Source of the DNA: Campylobacteraceae bacterium
Lineage (GTDB): Bacteria > Campylobacterota > Campylobacteria > Campylobacterales > Arcobacteraceae
Reading direction: 5' to 3'
Assembly (NCBI GenBank): GCA_013215945.1
Contig: JABSOM010000010.1
Span: 1-64,000 of the forward strand
DNA length: 64,000 nt
The position numbers and the translations under genes are program-made. The notes beneath the pieces were generated by a model. That model was not told the DNA's origin, did not search any database, and saw only the letters and a program-made list of their open reading frames with translations. Every line of letters begins with the position of its first letter. Position 1 is the first letter of the stretch. Below, one piece after another: positions 51,274 through 61,724 of this stretch.

Positions 51274-51978
51274 CTAAATTTTTGCTCCCATAATGTACTT
51301 ATTCCCCTGCCCTTGCAAACGAAGTAATCTGCTGTTTTTTAATATTTCCCATTCATCAATGGGATCGAGTTTATTCCATGCTTTCATCATATTTTTTTCT
51401 TGTTTTGACATTCTAATATTATATTTATCGCTCATATAAAAATATATTCTTGCAATGTCTCCTTTAATTTCATCTCGAACATAAGCTCTTCTCTTTTTAA
51501 AATCAATTTGTACTTCACAAATACCGTATTGTTTAACATGAGGAGAGAGTGCTCCAAACCTATAGTTAGACCTATTGGCATTAACTTCGCCAATTGCTGG
51601 TACTAAATTATGCATATCTGCTTCCATGGCTTTAAAAATCTTGTCTTTTCTACAGGCTTTTCTTCCACCTTTTTTCCAACAAGAAAGATGTTTTCCAAAA
51701 TTATGTGCAGGCATAATATGTTCCCATTCAATACGCTTTGCTCTTATATTTATTTTTCCTGATTTATAAAAAGGTTTTCTAGCAGAATAATACTGTTTAT
51801 CTTCTATTATCAGAGTTTTATACTTGCCTTTTATTCTTTTTATTTCATAAGGGTTTGAACAATAAAAAGAAAATTGTTTGTCAAAATATACCTTTTTTAG
51901 GAGTATTTTTTTAGATTTTGAAAAAGAAGTAGCGCTAAGAGAGAAAACCAATAACAGTAAAGATAATAAAATATTCAT
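51274..51978 (-). CDS. endA: Periplasmic/extracellular endonuclease I (EndA/Dns family)
   Basis: Signal peptide; FSFYCSNPY, EWEHIMPA, Cys pairs and NANRSN motif region typical of endonuclease I. Confidence 0.7.
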   Translation of the reverse strand: MNILLSLLLLVFSLSATSFSKSKKILLKKVYFDKQFSFYCSNPYEIKRIKGKYKTLIIEDKQYYSARKPFYKSGKINIRAKRIEWEHIMPAHNFGKHLSCWKKGGRKACRKDKIFKAMEADMHNLVPAIGEVNANRSNYRFGALSPHVKQYGICEVQIDFKKRRAYVRDEIKGDIARIYFYMSDKYNIRMSKQEKNMMKAWNKLDPIDEWEILKNSRLLRLQGQGNKYIMGAKI

Positions 51979-52118
51979 AAAATTCCTTAAAAAAATAAAG
52001 CGTATTTTAGCAGGATAATTTAAAACAGAAGAGAGTTAAGAGAAAGTTGTTTCTTGAATAAAATATATGCAAACAAAAAGACACTCTGTTAAAGCAGTGC
52101 CCCATAACAAAAAATATA

Positions 52119-54779
52119 TTATTTATATATTTTGGGATTCCACTTTAACCAAGCCTCATCTAAATCAGGCTCCAAAATATACTCTTGCATAGAAAGAGAT
52201 TGTTTGCCATATTTTGTGGGTGTTACCATAGATAAACCCCCATTTATAAGTGTTTCAAGAGTTTCAGTTTTGATTTTTGCTCCAAATAAATAAAAATCAA
52301 TTCCAAAAGCACCTGCATTATAAAAAATTGAATTTTTTCTTACTAAATGTTTATATTTAGAATCAATTAAAACTTGTAATTTTATATGTGTGCTGTCTTT
52401 TGATAGCGTATATTTTTCAACTGCCCCAATTTGCAATTGTCTATAATAAACAGGTGTATTTTGTTTTAAAGAACTTTTCATATCCGCATGAACAACAATT
52501 CTCAAAGCTTCATTATTATAGTTTTGCAAAGGTGTATAAGGTAATAAGGTAAATTGTTTTGTTTGAAGAGAAGATTGTCCTTCAATAATTGAAATACTAG
52601 GGCCAAAGAGTGCCGCTTTTGGATTTTCAATTTTACTTAGACTAAAATTAAAATTGTTAAGATAAAAAATTGTATCTTTTCTAAGTAGTTTTTTATGTGT
52701 TTTAAGAATATCTACTTCTGCTTTAATCTTATTGTTACTGCTAAACGCTAGTGTTTTTATTCTTCCAATAACGATATCTTTATAAAGAAGTTTACTTCCT
52801 TTTTTTAAATCATATCCTCTTGTCATGAAAACAGATACTTGAGTATATTTTTCTTCTGCTTCTTCTAGGTTTTTAAAGTATTTAAATCTGTGGTCTTTAT
52901 TTGCTTTTTCTGCTTTATCATTCAAAGTGATAAAAGATAACGCACCTTTGATTAAAGTATCTAAAGACTTAGTTTTGATATTAATCTTATCTAAGGAAAC
53001 GTCAATATCAATGCCTCCAATAGAATAAAATCTTGTTGTAACATTAATAAGTTTTGAAAACTCCGCAAATATAAAAAGCTCGATATCAATCTTTTTACTC
53101 TTTTTATTGTATATACTACGTATTACTTTCCCTACTTCAATCCCTTTGTAATATATAAAGTCATTTTTCGTCAAGGAAGTCAACTCCTCTACTTCAATAG
53201 TAAATCTTTCTGCTTTTTTTTGAAGATATTTTTCATCTAACATAGTCTTTCGGCTGTTTAATAATTGAAAATACCTTGTAGTACTCTTTTCTTTTAAGTG
53301 GGGGGTATCAAATGAAATAGCTGCTTTTATATAACTTTTTAAGGGGGCGCTTTTAATGTTTATTCCACTTAAGTTTGCATTTATTTCAATAGGGGATTCT
53401 AAATAAAAAAGAGAAGAATCATTAATTAAATATCGATATTTCCAAAAGATTTCTAATCCAATTTTTATCCCACTTCCTTTTTTATATAGTTTTTTATATG
53501 TGACTGTTCCTACTTCTATATCTTTAAAATATACAGGCGAACCTTTACTCACTTTAATACTTTCATTTGTTCTAAGAATTACGGAATACCTACTAATCTT
53601 TTTTGCTTTTTCATGCAGTTCAAAGTTATATTTTACCTGCATCATTTTTTTTGAAACAACTTGTAACTCTATATGATTACTTTTTAGAATATTGGTAATT
53701 TTTTCAATATTATCAAATGATAATTCTGGTTTATTAATATAAAAGTAAGGTTTATATTCTAATAAATAGAGATAGTCTTTCTTAAATTTAATAAAAAAAT
53801 TTGTTTCTTTTTTAGAGGCTATAAAATCTGCGCGTACCACTTTTCCAACAAGAAAACCCTTATAAAATACTTCCTTCAAACTTTTGTCTAAACCTTTTGT
53901 TGCGTTCTGGGTCAAAATAATGTTTCGATCATCAAACAATATTTCATCTTTTGAGAGGTGCAACTTAAATGTCTTACTCTTAATTAAAGGACTATCCTCT
54001 TTTTTTGAATCAAAAGTAATTCCTCCAGCTATTAGTGTTGCTAAACTCTCAATTTTTAACTCTATTTTGCTTAAAGAAGCTTTTAAATCAACTCCATTAA
54101 TTTTCCAAAAATGGCTGTTTTTTTTCACTAAATGTTTGTATTCATTTTGAATAAAAATAGTATAAAATATTTGATCTTCATTAAGTGATTTTTTCAATAT
54201 TTTTCCTACCACAAAACTTTTGTATAATACCGGTGCACCTATAGATAAACCAGCACTTCTTGCGCGTAAGTTAAGAAAAATACCCTTATTTTTCAATAAA
54301 GAAATGGGTTTGTTCTCTACTGCTTTAAATACCTGTTTATTTTTATTTTTGTAAATTTCACTAAGTTTATCGGATTGAGGAGAAACTTCAATATACACGC
54401 CACTTAAAATTGTATTTAAGCCCGATATTTCAGTCAAAGTTGCTTTTGGTTCGACTTTCCAAAAAGTACTTCCTTCTTTTGCAATAATTTTTTTTACTTT
54501 TTTATTAATATTTATGGTGATTATAAATTCATTTAAATTATTGTAATTTATATTGATTTTTGAAACAATTCCTATTTTAATACCTTTGTATTTTAAAGGC
54601 GTTTTACCCACAGTAAAACCATCTGCACTCTCAAAATAGACTACAATTTCTTCATCTTGTTCATTCAAATGTTCATATACCATCCAAGAAGAAAGTAACA
54701 GTGCGATAAAGGGTAAAATCCAAATAAGTAAAATAAAACTTCTTTTTTTCTTAATACTTTCCGTATTATCTGTTTTCAT
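52119..54779 (-). CDS. letB: LetB/YebT-like multi-MCE-domain envelope-spanning lipid transporter (PqiB family, ~7 MCE repeats)
   Basis: 886 aa, N-terminal TM, repeated MCE-like units (..KGIKIGIVSKI.., ..VGKILKKS.., ..VGKVVRADF..). Size matches E. coli LetB (877 aa) rather than PqiB (546 aa). Confidence 0.7.
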   Translation of the reverse strand: MKTDNTESIKKKRSFILLIWILPFIALLLSSWMVYEHLNEQDEEIVVYFESADGFTVGKTPLKYKGIKIGIVSKININYNNLNEFIITININKKVKKIIAKEGSTFWKVEPKATLTEISGLNTILSGVYIEVSPQSDKLSEIYKNKNKQVFKAVENKPISLLKNKGIFLNLRARSAGLSIGAPVLYKSFVVGKILKKSLNEDQIFYTIFIQNEYKHLVKKNSHFWKINGVDLKASLSKIELKIESLATLIAGGITFDSKKEDSPLIKSKTFKLHLSKDEILFDDRNIILTQNATKGLDKSLKEVFYKGFLVGKVVRADFIASKKETNFFIKFKKDYLYLLEYKPYFYINKPELSFDNIEKITNILKSNHIELQVVSKKMMQVKYNFELHEKAKKISRYSVILRTNESIKVSKGSPVYFKDIEVGTVTYKKLYKKGSGIKIGLEIFWKYRYLINDSSLFYLESPIEINANLSGINIKSAPLKSYIKAAISFDTPHLKEKSTTRYFQLLNSRKTMLDEKYLQKKAERFTIEVEELTSLTKNDFIYYKGIEVGKVIRSIYNKKSKKIDIELFIFAEFSKLINVTTRFYSIGGIDIDVSLDKINIKTKSLDTLIKGALSFITLNDKAEKANKDHRFKYFKNLEEAEEKYTQVSVFMTRGYDLKKGSKLLYKDIVIGRIKTLAFSSNNKIKAEVDILKTHKKLLRKDTIFYLNNFNFSLSKIENPKAALFGPSISIIEGQSSLQTKQFTLLPYTPLQNYNNEALRIVVHADMKSSLKQNTPVYYRQLQIGAVEKYTLSKDSTHIKLQVLIDSKYKHLVRKNSIFYNAGAFGIDFYLFGAKIKTETLETLINGGLSMVTPTKYGKQSLSMQEYILEPDLDEAWLKWNPKIYK

Positions 54780-54781
54780 AT

Positions 54782-55399
54782 TTAATCCTCATCCCATAAT
54801 AATCTTGTATCAAAACTTTGTGTTGCTAATATTGTCATAATCACTACGACAGTAAAGGCAGGGGCTGCTGCACCCGCACTTATACTTGTCAAATGCCCAA
54901 ATTGTACGATAACAATCATTAAAGCAACAACGAAGATATCAATCATGGACCATTTCCCAATAAAGTGGATTATTCTGAAATATTTAATTGCTGTTCTTGC
55001 GAACTGTGTTTTTTTAAAATACACAACAAACAATAAAGCAAATAAAACCATCAATTTAAAAATAGGAACCATAATACTGGCTATAAAAATAACCGCAGCA
55101 ATACCATATGATTTGCTGTCAATAAAATACAATATACCATCAAAAATAGTACTTGAATCAACAGTTCCCAAAGTATTTACATGCATCATAGGCAAAACAT
55201 TTGCTGGTATGAAAAATATAATTGAGATTAATGTAAAACAGAGCGTTTTAATAAAGGCATGTTTTTTTCTCTGAGTCATTGCGGAATTACAGTGTGTACA
55301 TAGAGTATACTTCTTATTAAATATACTCCCACAATGGGTACATACCACTAATAAGAGATTTTTATCTGTATCATACTTCATTTTTATTCCATATATCAT
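54782..55399 (-). CDS. letA: PqiA/LetA-like integral membrane protein, C-terminal half (Zn-ribbon + 4 TM)
   Basis: CTHCGSIFNKKYTLCTHCNS zinc ribbon then TM helices; probable start MKYDTDKN. Confidence 0.6.
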   Translation of the reverse strand: MIYGIKMKYDTDKNLLLVVCTHCGSIFNKKYTLCTHCNSAMTQRKKHAFIKTLCFTLISIIFFIPANVLPMMHVNTLGTVDSSTIFDGILYFIDSKSYGIAAVIFIASIMVPIFKLMVLFALLFVVYFKKTQFARTAIKYFRIIHFIGKWSMIDIFVVALMIVIVQFGHLTSISAGAAAPAFTVVVIMTILATQSFDTRLLWDED

Positions 55400-55973
55400 A
55401 GGGGTTAAAAAAGTTAATTGTTATAAACATAAAAACCAAAAAAGCACAAAAAAAGTACAAGCCTGTTTCTACGTGGAGAGTGGCCATTTTATTTAATTTA
55501 ATAATAGAAACAAAAATACTAATCAAATACACTTCAGCCATTTGCCATTCCAAAAGATATTCATACAATTTAAAGAATCCAGAAACTTTTTTATGGGACG
55601 AGCCATTTTTTAAAGGTATTAAAATAAATAAAATTAAAAGCAACATTATAAAAGGGATAACTATTCCGATTAAAGTAATAAAAATGGATACCCCAATATA
55701 ACCATTGTCAAAGAAAATAAAGACGGTTTCAATTAATGTTGTTGTTTGTTCTAAATCGAAAATTTTTAGTGTTATAAGAGGTAAAGTAATAGAAGGGAAA
55801 AATAATATTAAAGAAGTAAGTGTCATTAGAATAATAGTTTCATAATCTTGTCCAAATTTATAAACGCAAGCTTTGCATCTGGGGCAAATAAACTGATGCG
55901 TGTAATCTGCTTTGGGTTTATTTAAAATAAGGCCGCATTCTTTACAGGCTATTTTATGTTGATGCATTTTCAT
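55371..55973 (-). CDS. letA: PqiA/LetA-like integral membrane protein, N-terminal half (Zn-ribbon + 4 TM)
   Basis: Start chosen at MKMHQHKIACKECG (SD AGGAA 8 nt upstream); CKECGLILNKP...CPRCKACV zinc ribbon; overlaps the next half-gene. Confidence 0.6.
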   Translation of the reverse strand: MKMHQHKIACKECGLILNKPKADYTHQFICPRCKACVYKFGQDYETIILMTLTSLILFFPSITLPLITLKIFDLEQTTTLIETVFIFFDNGYIGVSIFITLIGIVIPFIMLLLILFILIPLKNGSSHKKVSGFFKLYEYLLEWQMAEVYLISIFVSIIKLNKMATLHVETGLYFFCAFLVFMFITINFFNPYDIWNKNEV

Positions 55974-56080
55974 GGATATATTCCTATACATTATTATAGC
56001 AATATATTTTATTATTATATAATTATTTTTAGAAGACATAAAGACTATAAAGCTACAATTGAATAACAAAAGGATTCTTA

Positions 56081-56743
56081 ATGAAAAAACTTCTATCTAC
56101 CTCACTCTTTACTGTTGCAATTAGTTTCTTGTTTATAGCGTGTGCTAATCAGCCTACTACAAGTACAATAATTAGCGATACGTCCATGCTTAAAGCATCT
56201 CCTTTTAAAGATGGTGCGCATTATTATTTAAAAAAAGGGGTGAATTTTAAAAACTATAATAACATTGAAATACCTGCTATTCCTATTATTAAAAGTGATA
56301 AAAAAGATGCTTCTCTAGATGAAGCTTTATTAAATTCGATTTCTGTTTATTTTAGAAAATCTCTTTTATCTGAGTTAAATTCAGTTGTAAGTAAAAATTC
56401 AAAACAAGGTACGCTTACGATTGAAGTCTCTGTTACCTCTTTAGGAAAAGAATTTAAAGATTTAAAATTTTATCAATATATTCCTGTTGGTTTGGCGCTT
56501 ACAGCTCTTAAAAGAGGCGCAGGATTTGAAGATAAAAACTTAGTTATTGGTATTGCATTAAAAGTAACAGATACAAAAACAAAAGAAGTCTTAGCTATGG
56601 TAGTTGATACAGATATTAAAGAAGGTATTAAAAGCGATCAAAAGATTAAGTTATCAGATGTAACTCCATCATTAGACAAATGGGTTAAACATTATAAAAT
56701 AAAATTACAAGAATTATTAGACAACAAACACTCTAATTTATAA
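56081..56743 (+). CDS. Hypothetical lipoprotein
   Basis: Lipobox LFIACAN; no recognisable domain. Confidence 0.4.
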   Translation: MKKLLSTSLFTVAISFLFIACANQPTTSTIISDTSMLKASPFKDGAHYYLKKGVNFKNYNNIEIPAIPIIKSDKKDASLDEALLNSISVYFRKSLLSELNSVVSKNSKQGTLTIEVSVTSLGKEFKDLKFYQYIPVGLALTALKRGAGFEDKNLVIGIALKVTDTKTKEVLAMVVDTDIKEGIKSDQKIKLSDVTPSLDKWVKHYKIKLQELLDNKHSNL

Positions 56744-56884
56744 AATTCTCAAAAATAAAGAAGGTATGTAGAGATACTAATACATAACTTCTTAATTTTT
56801 TAACATTAAAGACACTATGTAGACACTTTAATTGTTTATAATTCTTTAACATTTAAAACAAAACAATCGATATAAGGAAGTTAA

Positions 56885-57238
56885 ATGGAAGACAGATTAT
56901 TGGATTATATTGCATTGGGAACATTGATATTTGTGGCACTTACCATAATTTATGGAGGTATGTTTATACATGATATTCCTTATCAAATGGCAAAAAAAAG
57001 AAACCATCCACATACAGAAGCAATACATACAGCATGTTGGGTAAGCCTATTTTTACTTCATATCATTTGGCCTTTTTTATGGATTTGGGCAGCACTGTAC
57101 AAACCAGATATAGGTTGGGACATGGGAAATTCTTCTAAAGATGGCCAAAAAAAACAAGATAAAGTAGAAGAAGAAATGAATAATTTAAAAAATAGAATAA
57201 CTGCTCTTGAAGAAAAACTTGAAAAGAAAGAGGATTAA
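56885..57238 (+). CDS. DUF3302 (YiaW-like) small inner-membrane protein with C-terminal coiled coil
   Basis: Two TMs, HPHTEAIHTACW motif region, followed by HlyD-like gene as in yiaW-yiaV. Confidence 0.55.
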   Translation: MEDRLLDYIALGTLIFVALTIIYGGMFIHDIPYQMAKKRNHPHTEAIHTACWVSLFLLHIIWPFLWIWAALYKPDIGWDMGNSSKDGQKKQDKVEEEMNNLKNRITALEEKLEKKED

Positions 57239-57241
57239 ATT

Positions 57242-58189
57242 ATGGATTTACTTATACTTATAACTTATTTCTCAATATGTTGGGTTATCTTTAGAATATT
57301 TAATATATCTATTAATACCTGGTCCTTAACTACGGTCGTACTAGGTGCTGTAATTATTCTAGGAACCATGTTATCCATTGTTTCATATTATCACCCAAGC
57401 TCAATAACTGCTAGAAGTTATTTTGTTACAACGCCTATTGTTCCGAATGTAAAAGGTAAAGTAATTGAAGTCAATGTTAGGCCAAATGTTGCTCTTAAAA
57501 AAGGGGATATATTATTCAAAATTGACCCCGTGCCGTTTCAAGCAAAAGTGGACCAAGTAACATCTGAGTTAAACTTTGCGAAAAAAAGACTTGCACAGTC
57601 AAAAAAGCTTGAAAAAGTATCTGCAGGTAGTGCTTTTGATGTAGAGCAATATCAAAAAAATGTTTCTTCACTTCAAGCCCAACTTACTAATGCGCAGTTT
57701 GAATTAGAAAGTACAATAATTAAAGCTCCAAGCGACGGTTTTGTTACACATTTAAGATTATTACCTGGAATGATGGCTGTGCCTCTTCCTCTTGCACCAG
57801 TAATGACGTTTATACACAAAAATAAATTAAGTTTTATTGGAGGATTTACGCAACAACCCATGCAAAATGTCAAAGTAGGTAATGATGCAGAAATCTTCTT
57901 TCCAGGAATTCCAGGAAGAGTTTTTAAAGCAAAAGTAATTCAAGTTATGGGAGCTATTGCAGAAGGACAACTTTCTCCATCAGCTACTATGGTCAGTGTT
58001 AATCCAAGAGTACAAGAAGGACTTATACCTGTTGTTATTGAAATTACAGATGATATGTCAAGTTTTTATCTACCTATGGGAAGTGCTGCAACTATTGCAG
58101 TTTACAGTGAAGATTTCCATCACATTTCAATAGTAAGAAAAATACTTATACGAATGATGAGTTGGAAAAACTACATTCGGCTTCATTAG
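57242..58189 (+). CDS. HlyD-family periplasmic adaptor (YiaV-like efflux membrane fusion protein)
   Basis: N-terminal TM, biotinyl/lipoyl-like hairpin VKGKVIEVNVRPNVALKKGDILFKIDP, coiled coil, beta-barrel. Confidence 0.7.
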   Translation: MDLLILITYFSICWVIFRIFNISINTWSLTTVVLGAVIILGTMLSIVSYYHPSSITARSYFVTTPIVPNVKGKVIEVNVRPNVALKKGDILFKIDPVPFQAKVDQVTSELNFAKKRLAQSKKLEKVSAGSAFDVEQYQKNVSSLQAQLTNAQFELESTIIKAPSDGFVTHLRLLPGMMAVPLPLAPVMTFIHKNKLSFIGGFTQQPMQNVKVGNDAEIFFPGIPGRVFKAKVIQVMGAIAEGQLSPSATMVSVNPRVQEGLIPVVIEITDDMSSFYLPMGSAATIAVYSEDFHHISIVRKILIRMMSWKNYIRLH

Positions 58190-58201
58190 AAAGGTATAAT
58201 T

Positions 58202-59557
58202 ATGAAAAACTTAGTTTTAATTTTAATTTTATTATTTATAACAGGATGTAGTAAGAATATTTTGACACATGATCAAGTTCTTGAAAAAACTACAAAAAAA
58301 GAAAACTTTAATCAGCCAAAAGTCTGGTCAAAAGTAAAAGATCAAGGAAAAGTCGATACCAATTGGATTAAATCCTTTAATGACCCGATATTAGAAGCAC
58401 TTGTAAAAGAAGCATTAAAAAATAATAGAGAAATTAAATCCTTAAAAATACAAGTTGCTAGAGCAGATGCTTTAGTAAAAAAAGCAGGTGCTGCACTTAA
58501 ACCTACTGTTGGATTAAGTGGCCAATATAATGATAGAAATAGTGATGCTTTGGGTGAAGTTTATGGTGGAGGAATAAGTGTTGGTTGGGAAGCAGATATT
58601 TGGGGCAGATTAGAACTGTCTCGGACTTCAGCTAAAGAAAATGCATTAGCAACACAATCAGACTATGAATTTGCAAGACAATCGCTTGTTGCTTCAACTG
58701 CAAAAGCTTGGCTTATGACTACTACCAGTAAACTGCAAAGACAATATGCGAAAAACATTGTTATGTTATTTGAAAAAGAATTAAAAATTATGAATGTCAA
58801 ATATGAAATAGGACAGGTTACTAAAAAAAGCATTTATTTGGCGAAATCAAATTTAACTTCTGCTAAAAATGCTTATTCAAAAGCCACTGTTTCTTATGAA
58901 GATGCACAAAGAAGTTTAGAGCTTCTTTTAGGAAGATATCCCTCTGCTTTAATTCAAGGTACTAATAAGTTAATAAGTTTAAGTACTTCAATACCTGTTG
59001 GAATACCCTCAGGAGTATTAGAAAGACGTCCTGATTTAGTTGCTGCTGAGCAAAGAGTTGCCGCTGCATTTTATAAACAAAGAGAGTCTGAATTATTGCA
59101 CTTGCCTAAATTTACGTTTTCAATTGGGGCTTCTTTAAATAATTTAAGCAATGCCGCAAGTAATTTAGTTGCGGGGATTTTTGCACCACTTTATCAAGGA
59201 GGGGCTATTGAAGCAGAAGTAGATAATGCTACAGCAGCACAAAAACAATCCATTGAAAACTATGCGCAAAAAGTCTTGCTTGCATTCAAAGAAGTTGAAA
59301 CATTTTTGTCTCTTGAAGTAAAACTTTTAGAACAAGAAAACTATATGAAAGATATTCTTTTAGACAATAAAAAAGTACTAAAACTTACTAAAATATCTTA
59401 CGAAGTAGGTCAAGTTGAATATTTAGAAGTTTCGCAAGTTACTAAAAATTTAATCTCGTCACAAATCTCACTTATAGATATATCAAGCAAAAGGGTATTT
59501 AATAGAATACAACTTCATCTTGCTTTAGGTGGTGGTTTTGAAGTAAAAGAAAAATAA
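58202..59557 (+). CDS. Outer-membrane efflux lipoprotein (TolC/NodT OMF family)
   Basis: Lipobox ITGCS; two OEP repeats with coiled-coil segments. Confidence 0.75.
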   Translation: MKNLVLILILLFITGCSKNILTHDQVLEKTTKKENFNQPKVWSKVKDQGKVDTNWIKSFNDPILEALVKEALKNNREIKSLKIQVARADALVKKAGAALKPTVGLSGQYNDRNSDALGEVYGGGISVGWEADIWGRLELSRTSAKENALATQSDYEFARQSLVASTAKAWLMTTTSKLQRQYAKNIVMLFEKELKIMNVKYEIGQVTKKSIYLAKSNLTSAKNAYSKATVSYEDAQRSLELLLGRYPSALIQGTNKLISLSTSIPVGIPSGVLERRPDLVAAEQRVAAAFYKQRESELLHLPKFTFSIGASLNNLSNAASNLVAGIFAPLYQGGAIEAEVDNATAAQKQSIENYAQKVLLAFKEVETFLSLEVKLLEQENYMKDILLDNKKVLKLTKISYEVGQVEYLEVSQVTKNLISSQISLIDISSKRVFNRIQLHLALGGGFEVKEK

Positions 59558-59765
59558 CACTACTATATTTCTTAATATACACTTGCTAAATTATATACGT
59601 TTAGTAAGTTGTATCTTTAAACTCCTAGCTTTAATATTTACTCTTATTACAAAAAATCAAGTTCAATATCATGTATTTAATAGGAAAATATCTCTTAGAG
59701 CTTATGTTTCTTAACAAAAACTACACAAAAGTAAACTAAACTTTAGGAAAAATGTAGGAGAAAAA

Positions 59766-60286
59766 ATGAAATTATTTTTATGTATGTGTATCTTTACTTT
59801 TAATATGTTTGCTAGTGGTATACTGGGGCAAAAAGCGCCTAGTTTTGGCGTAGATACATGGCTTCAAAACAATAATAAAGCTTCTCTTGATATCAAAGAC
59901 TTCAAAGGGAAAGTACTTTATGTCTATGGATTTCAAGCATGGTGTCCAGGATGCCATTCTCATGGTTTTTCTACTCTTCAAAATTATCAAAACACTATGA
60001 AGGAGATAAAGAAGTAGCTTTTGTAGCTATTCAAACTGTTTTTGAAGGCTATTCAAGCAATACCATACAAGCAGCAGAAGAAATAATTAAAAGATATAAA
60101 CTTAGCATGCCCGTAGGTCACAGTGGAATAAATGGCAAACGATCAAAATTCATGTTACGTTACAAAAGTGGAGGAACTCCATGGACAGTAATAATAGATA
60201 AAACAGGAATCGTAAGATTCAATGATTTCCATGCCAAAGTGGAAAATATTATTCAGTATATGGATATGTTAAAAAAAGAGCTTTGA
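59766..60286 (+). pseudogene. Thioredoxin-fold redoxin (TlpA/ResA-like, WCPGC active site) disrupted by a frameshift near 59985-59995
   Basis: ORF 59766-60017 carries signal peptide + WCPGC. ORF 59939-60286 in another frame continues the fold (KEVAFVAIQTVFEG...GGTPWTVIIDKTGIV). Junction at A4 run (TATCAAAACAC). Confidence 0.6.
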
Positions 60287-60303
60287 GCTAAAAACTTGTT
60301 TTA

Positions 60304-61257
60304 TTAAACTTGAAATTTAAGTCGATAGGATTTTGGGCTAATAAGTTTATAGCGTTTAAAAAACCTTCCAAAATCAGAACTATTTGAGAAGTATAAAGAA
60401 GAAGAAATTTCTTTGATGCTTAAAGTCGTGTAACATAATTGATATTGTATTTCTTTTATAATTCTTTTATGTATTAAAAACAGTGCGCTCTCATTTGTAC
60501 TTTCTTTGATGGTCTCACTTAAGTGTTTAGGAGTAAGCCCTAAGATATCTGCATATTCTTGTACCGATTTTTTTGTTTGAAAATTTTCTTCAATTAATGC
60601 TAAAAAGTGTTTTAAAATTTGCTGTGATCTTGTTTTTACTTTTTCTAAGAAAGGAGCACTTTTCTCTCGTTTTAAGAGATATAATATTTGAATTAATAGT
60701 GTTTTTGAATACTCTTGGTAATCAAGTTTTTTATTTTTATATTCTTGATTTAAAAGTTTAAAAAGTCTTAATATTTGAATAAAGTGTTCTTGATCTAATT
60801 GATTTACTTCAAATTTTCTTGAAAAGAACTCTAATAACTCAGTATTCAAAGAAGATAAAAATTCATATTCAAAAAATACCATTAAAGATTCACAACTTTC
60901 ACTAAGATCTTCAAAAGAATAAATAATCCCAGGTACTAATAACTGTAAAGAGTGTGCATTTGTTTCATAACTGTATTGATTAATATGCCGTAAAGATTTA
61001 CCTTTAAGATTGAGAATAAGAATGTAGTGAGAGCAACAAAGGGGAATAGATATATTTTCTTTTCCCTTATTTTGTAAAATAGCGAAACCATCTGCTTTAA
61101 AATCAATATTCTTAATATCCATTCCTAAAAGGGGCTTCTTTTCATAAAGATTCTTATATACATTGATACTTTGATTCATATTTAGTAAGGGCAGAGAGCC
61201 TTTACGTCTTAGTTCATAAAAACAAGTGTTCTGAGTTTTCTCTTGATATTTAATCAT
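60304..61257 (-). CDS. AraC-family transcriptional regulator
   Basis: C-terminal double HTH (SVQEYADILGLTPKHLSETIK...). Confidence 0.8.
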   Translation of the reverse strand: MIKYQEKTQNTCFYELRRKGSLPLLNMNQSINVYKNLYEKKPLLGMDIKNIDFKADGFAILQNKGKENISIPLCCSHYILILNLKGKSLRHINQYSYETNAHSLQLLVPGIIYSFEDLSESCESLMVFFEYEFLSSLNTELLEFFSRKFEVNQLDQEHFIQILRLFKLLNQEYKNKKLDYQEYSKTLLIQILYLLKREKSAPFLEKVKTRSQQILKHFLALIEENFQTKKSVQEYADILGLTPKHLSETIKESTNESALFLIHKRIIKEIQYQLCYTTLSIKEISSSLYFSNSSDFGRFFKRYKLISPKSYRLKFQV

Positions 61258-61346
61258 ACTGTTTATATCCTACTTGTTATTATTGTAACAAAAAATATTA
61301 AAGCTAAGTATAGAAATTTTATACTTAAGGCTTTTTTATACTATTT

Positions 61347-61724
61347 TTACGCTTTGAAGATTAAAGCATAGGCTGTTTTATTTTTAATCATAATTAAAAT
61401 TAATGCAAAAACAATAAGTGCTGAGGGTTCTATTCCATTCATATCTAAAAAAACATGTGCTAAAAAAGCATTTAACATAACAGGCATAAGCAATACTGCC
61501 ATTAACGCGCTGTACTTATTAAATATAAACGCAAGGCCTGCTATAAGCTCTAAGAACGCCATTATAGGGAATATATACCCTGTTTTGTATACCGCTGTTC
61601 CAAATGCTGCTAGTGCTTCATTAGCAGGAGGCATAGCCAGAAATTGTAAAAATCCATTTAAACCAAATAATACTAATAATAAGCCTGTAATAACTTGTAT
61701 TCCTAAAAATAACTTTGTTTTCAT
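61347..61724 (-). CDS. DoxX-family small membrane protein
   Basis: 125 aa, 4 TM helices, DoxX-like pattern. Confidence 0.55.
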   Translation of the reverse strand: MKTKLFLGIQVITGLLLVLFGLNGFLQFLAMPPANEALAAFGTAVYKTGYIFPIMAFLELIAGLAFIFNKYSALMAVLLMPVMLNAFLAHVFLDMNGIEPSALIVFALILIMIKNKTAYALIFKA

